A DNA stretch of 63,460 bases, counting the filler, from Cladosporium halotolerans (lineage: Eukaryota): the NCBI RefSeq assembly GCF_011745625.1. It is 11 parts of 11 records of this genome, joined end to end, with 100 filler letters (N's around TTAATTAATTAA, not from the genome) between each part and the next. Parts side by side here need not be neighbours in the genome. Positions count along the whole stretch, not along the records: positions 1 to 6,035 come from NW_027191659.1; positions 6,136 to 12,166 come from NW_027191660.1; 9 more parts are not named here. One strand, given 5' to 3'. Both the position numbers and the translations under genes were made by a program. Below are positions 1-11,039 of this stretch, piece by piece; the first letter of the stretch is position 1; every line of letters starts with the position of its first letter. The notes beneath the pieces were generated by a model. That model was not told the DNA's origin. It made no database searches and saw nothing but the letters and a program-made list of their open reading frames with translations.

Positions 1-3000
1 AAGATCGACAGCTGTCGCGGCGTGTTCACCCCTTGCCCCTTTTGACATTTCTGGGGTTGAAAATACCTCGGTCAAGGACTGAATGCTAACGAACCTCTCG
101 CAGACTATCGACGTGATCGCGAAAGAGTTAATGTGCCACGACATTCGAGGTCGTATGCGCTGATTTTGAGGGTTGCTCAAGGCCAGAAGCGATGGCCCTT
201 TGCGACTGCAGGGTCTCCCTCTATTGTGGCCAATAACGCCGGCCGACCTCGCCGCTGCAGGGCTTCCGTAAGGATGCTGGTTGACCTTACGCAACCATCA
301 TGGCACACGCCTCTCCGGTGCGGATATTAGCAATGCCGTCCGCACGCCTGTCCGCATCGCCAGGAGGGCTTTGATCCGTGCCCGCGGGCGCGCTGTCCTT
401 GCTTCCTGGAGCCACATGTCGAAAGGTCAACGGTGCAGCCGAAGTGTTCGTGAGTTTCTTCTGCCATGTTTGCGCCACGCCTATGGACAAGCTCCGAGCA
501 GGAACGATTTTCTGTGCGCCCGTGTCGACAGGACGCTGAGTGGAAGTCCTCAGCGATTGCTGCATTACCTCGGAGCTGCTGACGGGGTTCACCCAAAGGC
601 TACTGTCCCAGCGTCACTATTTCGTGGTGGTAAAGGAATGGCAGGGGCCTGTGGTCGACGTGGCGACCTGTCAACTCCTTGTCAGACCTCCCAACCCCGC
701 CCCCGCCCCCGCCCCTCCTTTACAGAAGAAATTAGGTGACCAGATGGATCGCTCGCACGTGACGATGAGGACCTCAGCTGAAAGCTCGCCCGACGTCCGT
801 AGTAAGGATGACATGGCGGCCGGACACCGTAGCTGCATTGGCCCGTGCTCATGGACAAAGCCCTTGTCGGTCGAAGAGCCAAGCCATGGCCGGCGTCGGG
901 ATGCTGTCGTCCATGCGGAAACTTGTGACAAGGTAGGGAGGATCTCACATTCAAGCCACAACACGCGCATGTCGGAGCGAGCGGTACGATAGTGAAACCA
1001 GCATTTTTTTCAATAAAGTATCGTTATGGATCTTGGTTTCGAAACGACGTGTCAAGCTCCGCACCTGCCGCCGCCGAGTGGAAATCGGTCCGTGGATAAG
1101 AGGATCGCTGTCACCTCTGCAATGCGACAGGCCGCAAAACATGTCAGTCGGGGCATCCGGCGTCCATGGCCGTCAAGCGAAGCTGAGCGAAATTACCAGT
1201 AAAGCCGCGGTTTGGTATTGAGGAAAGCGTGCGTGGTGGCACGATCGGCTGTGTGGTGGCAAAGTTCGATGGCGCCGCCGTGCTTTCTGACCGGACGCCT
1301 TGTCGAAAGTACCGGCCCGATCACTGGCAGTTGATGATTTGTCAGGCCGTGACAGCCATTTTTCTTTTCCAACGCCGTTACCAGCAGGTCAGTGAATGGG
1401 CGCGCCGGTCTGCCGCTGCAAAAAGGCCCAGGCGTGTGTACAGATACCCCGGCGAACTACCAATCAAACCGCGGAACACGAGATCAGTCGAAGCGCCTTG
1501 AGGGAGTTGCCGGTTGTCGTGTAAGATCAGGGTCTTGACAAACGTACCGTCAACCTTGGTCGTCAGCTTCAACGTGGCGCAGAACGATATCCACAAGCAA
1601 CATCCACATGCAGGCGCCCGTCGAGCTTGCTTCGCGAAGCGCCGTTAACTTCGCCTAGACTCTGATCAAGATCCCATCGAGCAAACATCAGCTGCCTCGA
1701 CGGTCTCGGGTCCAGGCCAACCGGCGTTATGGGAACAAACACCAGCGAGACTTCTAGCAAGACGTCCAACGAAAGTGACAATGAGAACAGAAGGGGTGAC
1801 CACGTGCAGGTTCAAGATGGCTTCCCTCCAATTGCATAAAGATACAAAGCCACTGGTCTGCCTTGGGGACGGACATCCACAGGTGGCAAGTGGGTCGTCG
1901 AAATGATACTTTCCATAAGCCGCCAGGGCGCAAAACCAACCGAGACGACTATACCCTGGAGCCATGCATTTATTTGGACACGGTCGACGCTGGCAACTCC
2001 GCCAGCCCGCCGCGGGGCGATTTCAGATTCAGTGGGCAACTTCGGAGCTCTTCACGCTTCCCCAATCACATTCGCAGCATGCGCTACAATAGCGCTACAT
2101 CAGCACTCCGCCCTGGCCCAATGTTCCACTTTTGGCAATCATTCTCGCATCCTTCGCGTTGATCTGGGCCCGGTTAGCCGCGGCGAAACCTCCGAACATG
2201 TGCTTCCAACTCCAACGCATTGCTCCCGCTCAAGCAAGCGCCGCCCTCGTCAACGTGAAGCTCCCGGCCAGTCTGCCCCAAAAGCGGCGCGGCATTGGTG
2301 CATCGCTGGCATGACGACAGCAAGCCGGGCTGCGACAACCCTTCGAGCTCATGGGACCCGAGTCTGGCAGCCGACACGCGTTCTTGCTCGCAAGTGGTCG
2401 CCGCCCTGACCAGTAAATCTAGGGTAGCGCTGCCGCATTGCGAAGCTCCAGGGCGCTGGACATTGTAGCTTTCGCGCCGAGTCTGAACAAAGAAGTCGAT
2501 TCGCCGACCAGTGGTGAGATGGGCCGGAGCCTGCCGACAATGCACTCGGTGCGTCGCCAACGAGGCCAACGGCGTTGCCAAACAGCGATAGCCAGCTCCA
2601 CCTGCGAAAAGATCAAACGCTGCTCTTCCCAAAGACCGAGGACCTTTTCCAAGTGCCAAGCGGCCAGAGGCATCAAGATGGTGCTTCGCACGGGACACAG
2701 GGACCGCGTGTGCGGCAGGCTGAGGCATCCTCGGTGTAGACATCTTAATCTTCCCTCACCTGCCCTGGTCGTGGCACCGGCGCTGAAAGTGAAGCCGTCC
2801 GGAGACGACGCTCCGTCTAGGGGCGCCCGTTCGCCCCGTCGCCGGCGCATCGGCAGACTCGATGGGCTTCGGAGTGCCGTTCCAGCATCAAGCCCGACCG
2901 GATCCATGGTTGAGCGACCCTGCCAGCCAAAGGCCAAGAAGCGCCTGCGTGGTCGTGTTGCTACCCGACAGACGCGTCGACGACGGCGTGCGCTGCAAAC

Positions 3001-3294
3001 CTTGGTCTGGACAATCCCGATCGTGGCCAGTGAGATTAGCATCTGAGGTGTTCTGCCACGTGAGCCGCTCGACTTTGGACGCGAAGGTCAACAACGAAGG
3101 CGAGAGAGACAGGAAGTGGTATGAGAAGAAACATAATGTTGCCAGCGACACCAGAGGGTGTGCCGCCCGAGTCGTTCCATGTTGGAGTCGAAGTTCAACA
3201 GGGAAAAGGAAGAAACAGAAAGTGGGATGAGAGAAAAGAGAGATGTGGCCAGCGACACTCAAGGGTGCGTTCACATGGCTTGCTTGACTTAATG

Positions 3295-3560
3295 TCCTAG
3301 CCGCAGCGGTAGCGTCGCGCACGGACGCCCATCCGTTGTCTGGAGAAAACGGATCGGCGTCCGTGCGTACCAGTGGGGTGGGTGGTGGGGAACAGACGTT
3401 GTGGCTTGAGACTGTGTAGGCTGGGGACTGCGGAGGCTGGAGACTTCGGAGGCTGGCTTCGAAGCGCATGCCGGGCTATCCTAGCCGCTGCGATAGCGTC
3501 GCGCACGGATGCCCATCCGTTCTCTGGAGGAAACGGATCGGTATCCGTGCGCAGCAGCGC
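3295..3560. repeat. Tandemly duplicated ~80-bp unit, each copy holding a ~50-nt hairpin
   Basis: TCCTAGCCGC...CGCACGGAYGCC-CATCCGTT...AACGGATC-GGYRTCCGTGCG at 3295-3373 and again 184 bp downstream. Confidence 0.85.
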
Positions 3561-3566
3561 CCGGTC

Positions 3567-3990
3567 GCAGACCACTGCGCTGAGGCAGCTCAGTCAATCT
3601 CGACGAACGCTGAGGCAAGCGACATGTCGAAGACGGTCGCACGCCGCCGTCCGCAGGTTGATCTGGCTCATGTCAACGAAAACGTCGTTGGAACGGGAAC
3701 GGGAACGGAAGCGGAGTGCAGAGTCCAGAGCGAGTGGCGGCAGCCAGCAAGGGGACGCAGAACCGCACCTACTTCGTGCAGAGCAGTGGAATGATCGGAA
3801 GCTGGCGATGCGGCCAGACGCACCAGAGGGTAGATCTCAAGCGCTTGGCTCGCGATCCCGGCCGCTGTAGCGCTAGGTTGCAGACCACTGCGCCGATGCA
3901 ACTTGGTCACCCTTGACGAACGCCTTGGCAAGCGATATGTCGGAGACGGTCGCACGCCGCCGTCCGCGGATTGACGTGGATCGTGACAAC
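3567..3990. repeat. Diverged ~110-bp direct repeat
   Basis: GCAGACCACTGCGC...GACGAACGC...GGCAAGCGAYATGTCG.AGACGGTCGCACGCCGCCGTCCGC at ~3567-3677 and ~3880-3990. Confidence 0.75.
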
Positions 3991-5056
3991 GGTGGAATGG
4001 TTCGAAAGTAGACGTGGTGCAAAGCCCAAGGCAAGTGAGGCCTGCCAGCGAGGAAACTCAAGAAGAAAGACGCAAAAGAGCGTCAGAAAGGGTGCAATGG
4101 CGGAGAGATGGAGAGATAGTGGGAGAAGAGGAACAGAAGCTCGAAGGTTGAGGCTTTACCCTGAAACAAGCCAGGCTGCGTCTTGACGAGTCTTGGCTCA
4201 CTCTTGGCGCAAGACGGAATGAATTCGTTTCCCCAGCCCTGCCGCCCGGCCTTGCCGGCGCACAAATCCAGGAGGTCCTTCGGCATACGCAACGCTTCAT
4301 CCTGCTGCCAGAGGTTGGCGACAGCCACACAGCCGTTCGCCCTGGGCACCAATCGTGTTGCACAAGACCCACCAAGCGCAGGCAAAAGACGGGATCGGGT
4401 CGGGTTTTGCGACGTGCGACCCCCTCGACCGGCGTGGGAGAACTCCCTGTGCTGGCCTCCCTGTCGATCCAGTAGCACGTCCGTCGAAGCGCGTGTTTGT
4501 TGGTTCAGCCATTATGTTCTATGGCCTTAAATTGTTGTCACAAGTCGCTTCGGAAAACTGTGACCCTGCGTTCTACTCTTTTTTCGTTGTCCCTCAAAGC
4601 TGCGCTGCGCACTCGCCACTCTCCCAATGATGCTGTACTCGTCGCAAGCACCAACCCATTGACCAAGATCGAAACAATTTTTAACAATATCATGGATTTG
4701 CCTTGAGACGTGCTCTTTGGATACTCGCATCACCACAATTCAACGTCAAGGCGTACTTCGATAGATGTAAAGCTCATCATGTCATGAAAAGACCAAAGTC
4801 CAAAGCAAGACTCCAAAGGATTCAAGAGGTGGTATGGAGGTGCCAGATTATTCGGCGCCACGTGTGGACAGATACAGTAGACCGAAAGTAGCAATGCCAA
4901 GCGTTTCACGCGAGGCTTCGTGATGACTCTATCTATTGGCATCACGTGCGCTTTATATAAGTTGTTGAGGTTGGCTCTGTTTCCCCAGTGCCGGATTCAT
5001 AAGCAGTACCACAAGTAGACCTCGTCACTGGCCGAAACCCAGGGATGGAAGAACCG

Positions 5057-6035
5057 GGATTGATTGATTGATTGATGGATGAATTGTGTCTTACTGTACT
5101 CGGTTGCGGCTGCTTTTCTCAGCAGCTATGCCCAGTGGAAGAGGGCTTGGCAGACAGCCGACGCGTTCCGTGCGGGCCGCCCCACTTCGCCCAGCCTGAC
5201 AATGAGATACAAGCTGGACCACCTCCATCGCCCTCCCTTTTTCTCTTCAGCCACCGTCTCCAGTTGCCTGCCAGCTTTCGCAGACGGTGGTTCACTTGCT
5301 GTATTTCCTATCTGCTGTGGTCTCCTCGTTTCTAGCCAGCAATTTACCTACAGTCTCCCCCCAGTGCTCGGCTTCGTCTACTTTTCCACGACCCTGCTTT
5401 GCCCTAGGATCTGCGAACATTCTATGAAGTTGATGGCTTTGATGGCTGTTTTACGCTTGCTGAGAATTGCCCGAAGATTGTTGCGTTCCGGCAAATGGCC
5501 ATGTTCCTGCTTCCTGAGGTTCCGGAGCTTCCTGCACGTCACGAGAACGTGTCGTGTCGTTTGGCGGCCTTCCCGACAGTTGCACGTTGGGATACCGGGC
5601 ACTTTCCGACGAAACATGAAGTCTCCCGGCCCTATTTTCTCGGTCCTCAGCTGCACCAGGATGGCGCTTTGCCTTTTGCTTAGGCCTTCGTGTCGTTGCA
5701 ATACCTTTTCCGATGGTATCGCCGCATATCTGAAAGATGCTCTGCCTCTTGTTTCATTTTGCCACTCGGTCTGCCAGTTTTCGTTTGTCTGTTTCCGGCT
5801 CTACACCTTAAGCGGGGCGTGGAGTGAATATAGCTTTTGCGGAGCAGTGGCTCTTGGTCCGGACGCGGGGCCTCCCCTCCAGCCTGTCGCTTTCTTTGCG
5901 GCTATGTCTGCAACTTCATTCCCATCTTTTCCCTTATGCGAAGGCATCCATCGCACTGTTACCTTGTGTCCACTTGTCTGAAGCGCACCGATTCTCTCGA
6001 CAATCTGCCTGAGGATGTACGACCCAGACCTCCCT
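5057..6035 (-). mobile_element. 3' end of a Tad1-clade LINE (RNase H, CCHC knuckle, (AATC)n tail)
   Basis: Minus strand reads VTVRWMPSHKGKDGNEVADIAAK (canonical RNase H) and LVQLRTEKIG...CNCREGRQTTRHVLVTC. TGATTGATTGATTGAT at ~5061-5076 is the tail. Confidence 0.88.
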
Positions 6036-6135
6036 NNNNNNNNNNNNNNNNNNNNNNNNNNNNNNNNNNNNNNNNNNNNTTAATTAATTAANNNNNNNNN
6101 NNNNNNNNNNNNNNNNNNNNNNNNNNNNNNNNNNN
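6036..6135. other. Artificial contig linker (N44-TTAATTAATTAA-N44). Identical linkers at 12167-12266, 18236-18335, 24245-24344, 30131-30230, 35793-35892, 41378-41477, 46938-47037, 52482-52581, 57999-58098
   Basis: Fixed 100-bp spacer with a stop-codon cassette. Intervening contigs shrink monotonically: 6031, 5969, 5909, 5786, 5562, 5485, 5460, 5444, 5417 bp. Confidence 0.98.
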
Positions 6136-7562
6136 CCATGTGATCAATCTCGTGGCCAAGGCGGTGCTTTACGGCACAGATAACGATGCAATCGATCAGG
6201 AAGAGCGCGAAGACTGCCTTTCGGACAGCCGCCAAGTAACCGCTTTCGAAGCAGTCATGCGGTCTGAGCCTTTAGAAGAGGCACTTCAGACGTGGCGTCG
6301 CAAAGGCCCTGTCGGGAAACTCCACAACCTAGTCACCCATATCCAAAAGACACCAAAACGTCGACGTTTCTTTGAGATGAAGCAAAACGTCGACGCCGAC
6401 GCCGACGACGGCCGCATCTATCGAGTGATTGTCGACGGCGGCATCAGGTGGAACAGTAGCTGCGACATGATCGAGCGCGCCATGAAGCTCCGGGACGCCC
6501 TTGAGCTGTACCAAACACACTTCCGATCACTGAGCGATTCTGATCGACTTTCCTCTTCAGACTGCCTTGATTCTGCCGACTGGTCGCAGCTGGAGCGACT
6601 GCTTGAGGTACTGTCACCCTTGAAGCATGCCTCTTTAAGGTTGCAAGCAGACAACGATGCGAAGCATGCATTGTGGGAACAGCTGGCGACCTTCGACAGC
6701 CTACTAGGGGAGTTTGAGCAGGTCAGGGAAAGGTACAGATACGAGCCAAGTAGTCACATCAAGGCATGTGTAAACCTCGGGTGGAAGAAGCTCGACAAGT
6801 ACTATGGGTTGTCGGACAAGACCTCCGCGTACAGGATGGCCATCTTCCTCCATCCTCACTTGAAGATGGCCTGGTTCGAAAGGCACTGGGGATGTCGGCC
6901 GGCATGGATCGATGCTGCGAAAGCAGCAATCGACGGCGCATACTCAGCCGCGAAGGCAAGGTGGCCGCTGGATGCCCAGAAGGCAGTCTTCCTCAGCCCA
7001 GTGGAACCCAGGGTCAAGTCCGAGTCGAGATTTGAAGACTACAACACCCTTCCTCAAGAGGTCGATTCGATGGATGACTTGCAGCTCTACAAGCGGGAAG
7101 AGCGGACTCCAGGGCTGTACTCGCCTTCACCACTGGAATGGTGGCGTCAAAATCATACCAGGTTTCCGCTCTTGCGACACCTAGCCTTTGAACTCTTCGC
7201 GATACCGGCTAGTGCATCAGCAAACGAACGAACCTTCTCCATTGCTGGCAACTCGGTGGGGAATGATAGGCCACGGACTCTGTATGAGCTCGCGGAGGCG
7301 CAGCAACTTCTGCGCAGCTGGTATGACGAGGACATAATCTGAAGTGTATAAACTCTTACCTACTGTACCATGTGAGCACATTCTCTCGTTATAAGCACAC
7401 TGCCTGCCCTTTCGTGCCAAGACTGGTAAACGTCTTGGCAGATGATGCAGACAGACAGACAAATCACTGCCATTTCTCAGACAGACAGACAAGCCACCGC
7501 TCCTTAGGTAAGCAGACCAGACATTCCCGGAAATCTTGTCTGTCTGTCTGATGAACACCCTG
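6136..7562 (+). mobile_element. hAT DNA transposon, right part, with subterminal (CAGA)n repeats and TIR
   Basis: Transposase ORF followed by CAGACAGAC repeats and the terminus GTCTGTCTGATGAACACCCTG (7542-7562), the reverse complement of the terminus at 41281. Confidence 0.92.
6140..7342 (+). CDS. hAT transposase, C-terminal part (5' end cut by contig edge)
   Basis: HVINL, GPVGKLHNLV, IRWNS, GWKKLDKYY, FLHP, and dimerisation domain PLEWW...FPLLRHLAFELFAIPASASANERTFS with catalytic Glu. Confidence 0.93.
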   Translation: MINLVAKAVLYGTDNDAIDQEEREDCLSDSRQVTAFEAVMRSEPLEEALQTWRRKGPVGKLHNLVTHIQKTPKRRRFFEMKQNVDADADDGRIYRVIVDGGIRWNSSCDMIERAMKLRDALELYQTHFRSLSDSDRLSSSDCLDSADWSQLERLLEVLSPLKHASLRLQADNDAKHALWEQLATFDSLLGEFEQVRERYRYEPSSHIKACVNLGWKKLDKYYGLSDKTSAYRMAIFLHPHLKMAWFERHWGCRPAWIDAAKAAIDGAYSAAKARWPLDAQKAVFLSPVEPRVKSESRFEDYNTLPQEVDSMDDLQLYKREERTPGLYSPSPLEWWRQNHTRFPLLRHLAFELFAIPASASANERTFSIAGNSVGNDRPRTLYELAEAQQLLRSWYDEDII

Positions 7563-10347
7563 ATCTCTGGGAATTTTAGCGAGCTCGGATATGTCTTCAA
7601 CTTTGGAGATGATGTTTCAACATTGTTGCAGGCTGAGACGCTTATGATGAACTTGCAAAGGCGTTTTTTGTTGAAGATCGACAGCGCCACATTCGCCACC
7701 CACTGCTGTATATAGGTTAGGCATGCTCCCACTTGATAGATCACCAATCAACATTCTTTGAACGTACCAAATCTCAACATTTTTATCTGGAAGGAATTAT
7801 TGCATATTGACAGGTCAAGCATATAGTGATTCGATGTTGTATATCAGTCTCGATGGGGCACTTGAAGTCGTCCACGTTGGAATTGGCATTGTTCTGCGAG
7901 CGGACTTACTTATAACATCAAACTTGATAATGGCCTGATATGAAATAAATCATTTCGCGACCAACAGATTCAACGCATGCGTCCAGACAATTTCGATGAC
8001 GCTTGCAGCATCACACTGCACGAAAGCCGATGTGGCTGAGAGAACACTCAAGATGGAAGCTGACTGGGGCTTGTTGCCGGGGAAATTCCTGTATTCAACC
8101 CCAGTCATGGCGTTTAGCGTAGATATCAATCAATTACTTGTCTCACCATTGTTTTCATATTGACAGCTGGTTTTGAGCGTGCAATAACATTCCAATGGTC
8201 ACAGTCACTTGTCAAAATCTAGGCAGATTTGACCAACTTTAGACCAAATACTCCACTCGAACAATACAAGCACTTCAACTCGCCTACTCTAACCCTTAGG
8301 ATTAATTTGCACCTAAATACAGACACTTCGACTCGAAGTTTCTGTCTTCGAATAGAAGCACTGTTTCAAATATTTGTCGATAGCGTTGTCGCTCCTTTGA
8401 CTGATCACATGTTTCAGCCATCTGTCTGTGGACACATACATCCCGTGCTTCTCAGGAACGTCGACAAACTCCCTTATTTGACCTCCGGAAACAAACTGGA
8501 ACTAACTCCACCATATTTGAGCCCATTCCCCTTTTGACTCCTCGAGAACGTCGGAAAGGTAAGCTCCCCCATGGCGGAGTCGTAAGGTCCGCGTATCTCG
8601 GTGAGGCCGTTGCTGCGCGGCTGGGCGCAAATTGTGCCTGATGAATCCACGTACATGATTACGATCTTCTATCAGGACGCTAGTGCTGTTCTCACTTTGG
8701 AATGGACGAGTGGAGAAAACACTGCGGGCGGAGCATCTGAGACCTTCCTTTATGCGTCATTACCGTAAGAAAGCTCCCCGTAGAAGTCTTGCAGACTATC
8801 GTTAATGCGGGCGGTGTGAGATAACGCTGGAGCGGATGCGGCAGAGATGGCGCTAGGTCGAGAAATTGGTTTTCCGAGATCTTGCCATCTCGCCGTCTCG
8901 AAGTTTTTCCTACCTCGAACACGGAAATACCTCAGCGTTTGATGCAATCTCGACGCAATCAAAAAGTGACTCGTCAATCATTGGATGTCATGTCCAAAAC
9001 AAGACTGGTTCGATTGGTCAAAAATGTGATGGAACATGTTGAGGATGATATGCTATGATCAGTTCTCATTCGAATGATTAAGATATGACTGTAATCTGAA
9101 ATGAAGTCCGATATGGAAAGCAAATTTTGCGCCGCATTTGATCGTATCATGTGTGGTCTTGCTGCCTCTAGCATGGATCTTATTCCGCCAACTTTCTCCC
9201 AAAGAAACACCACGGGAAGCCAACTAATCACTGGCCTGACTCAACTGAGGTCTTTGGGCCCTCATTCGTGCGCCTTCAGCGATGGAGCATACCAGACGCA
9301 TCTCTGTCGACATTACTTTGGTAGGGATTGATTCTATCGACTCCTCCCTGCCATAGCCAGCGACATTGCCACCTGGCTGAGCTCCGGTCTGCTACATGAC
9401 ACATTGGTGGGCCTCCATACGCTGCACGATTGCCATAATTGTATCTCTAAATTCCGATCGGCTACATCACCCTTGGATAGCCCTGATTTGCGGAAACATG
9501 GGTGAATGATCCAGCTCTGCCCGCGTCTGCAGCGATGACGGTGGCCCCATTGGAGGGGGGGGGGGGGGGGGGGAAGGGGGCATTGCCGGAAAAGGGTCGT
9601 CGATTTCCGCAATGCCTGGATCGTTGGGGATGGTAGGTATTGAGCGGGACAGGGCACGGCGTGATCGCACCGTACTGGCCCGGTTTGGTGCCATAGTTCA
9701 TGGTACAAGTGTTGCCGAAGTCCGGGCCAGAACTAGCGGTGAACGCGCCTGGGCTAATACCAATTGGCGGCTGGTCGATAACGTTCCGGGAGAAAGTGGC
9801 CGGGTTGACAGCGGACATCCAAAGGCGGGCCTGCGAAGACCTACTACACGCGTCCACGCCGCCGCAGGTGGAAACAGCTCGCAAGCACGAGCTGGCTAAG
9901 TGTAGGGGCAATGAGAGATGGCCGCCGTCGCCGCCTGGCCGCCGCGACCGGTCGCGAAGTCCCAGGGGCAGGAGTACTACACGCCGCCCTGTGACTGCTC
10001 CATTACGCTACTCCCTTCGTCAAGAATGGAATCTCTCATTAAAGAAGGCCAAGAGGATACTGGATACGAAAACCATCCGACGCGCTCCTGCTCTGCAATC
10101 GCGCGCAGAACCTGCGCTGTAGCGTTCTACTCGCTGCAGCAATGTGGAAGCCCCAGGAGCGCGACAGGACACCTCTGAGCTTGAACTACTCTGGGAGCAC
10201 GCCGGATCAGCGAGAAAGACGTGACGAGGGGAACTGCAAGCCGATTTTTAGGGAACCTGTTAAGAGCTAACTGCGAATAAGCATAGAGACCTTGTTAAGC
10301 CGCCCGCCGCGCACCCGCTCTACAGAACTGTTAAGCCCTCTTCTCGC

Positions 10348-11033
10348 GCCTCTGTTAAGGCCTCCCTGATACGACTACCGTACTCTGGCACGACTACCAC
10401 TTGCGGACGAGGAAGGGGAGGGGTCACAGTCCAGCGCAGAGAAGAGTGTCACAGTCCACTGTAGGGAGGGCAGAGCGGAGGAGCACACAGGCCAGCTGTA
10501 TACGAAGCGTAGAGAGTGTCACAGGCCAGTCCTAGGAAAAGGTGGACACAAGCTAGGTTAGTAGGGGATAGGTGCATGGGCTGCCCGGCGAGGAGTCTAC
10601 AGGACCACCCCTGCAAGACACGGTCGGCCTACCGTGGGGAGACCCTCGTAGGCAACGCGAAACGGATGTCGCAAGGCATTCGCGGGGCGTAGTGCGTAGC
10701 AGCCACTGCTGGCTCCGAGGACCTCACCCCTTCGATGGGCTCTGACCCTCGGTGTACCTGAGAGCAGGCGGGATCAAACCCCGGCCGGAGAGACTGCTAC
10801 GTGGGTCGAGAGAACGGATGCGCGTGTCGGTACACAAACAGACAGGACCGTTCGTCAGGATGGAACGCTGGTGATGTGTGCTTAAGGAGCAAACAACGAG
10901 TTACTTGGGCTGGGAGGGGTTTTGCCTGGGCCTCAACTAGTGGAAGCCTACACGGAATTGGCTGAAAACCAAGGCAGGGCCCAGTAGACAATGGGGCACG
11001 CCGCACCTGTTTAGATATACAAGAATCCAATAA
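10348..11033 (+). repeat. ~690-bp conserved non-coding element, copy 1 (putative structured RNA or retroposed module)
   Basis: Colinear homology to the reverse complement of 61102-61776, including the identical block CCAAGGCAGGGCCCAGTAGACAATGGGGCACG. Ends ...AGAATCCAATAA. Confidence 0.9.
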
Positions 11034-11039
11034 CTGTTG

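Noticed and set aside
5079..5981. 300-aa plus-strand ORF and similar long antisense ORFs
   Set aside because: Shadow frames of TE or gene coding strands
6080..6091. Recurring TTAATTAATTAA palindrome every ~5.5-6 kb
   Set aside because: Always centred in N-runs of fixed length: an assembly linker, not biology
9555..9573. Poly-G run and poly-Pro ORFs
   Set aside because: Simple homopolymer; overlapping ORFs show no recognisable domain
7563..10250. Possible genes here and in 24443-25840, 34800-35690 and 41478-44290
   Set aside because: Only short interrupted frames with no motif I can recognise; left unannotated pending BLASTX
10425..10555. CRISPR-like array or hairpin-ribozyme motif (ACAGTCC...AGAGAAG)
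   Set aside because: Repeats are only 9 nt, no cas genes, eukaryotic context; the AGAA loop is not conserved in copy 2
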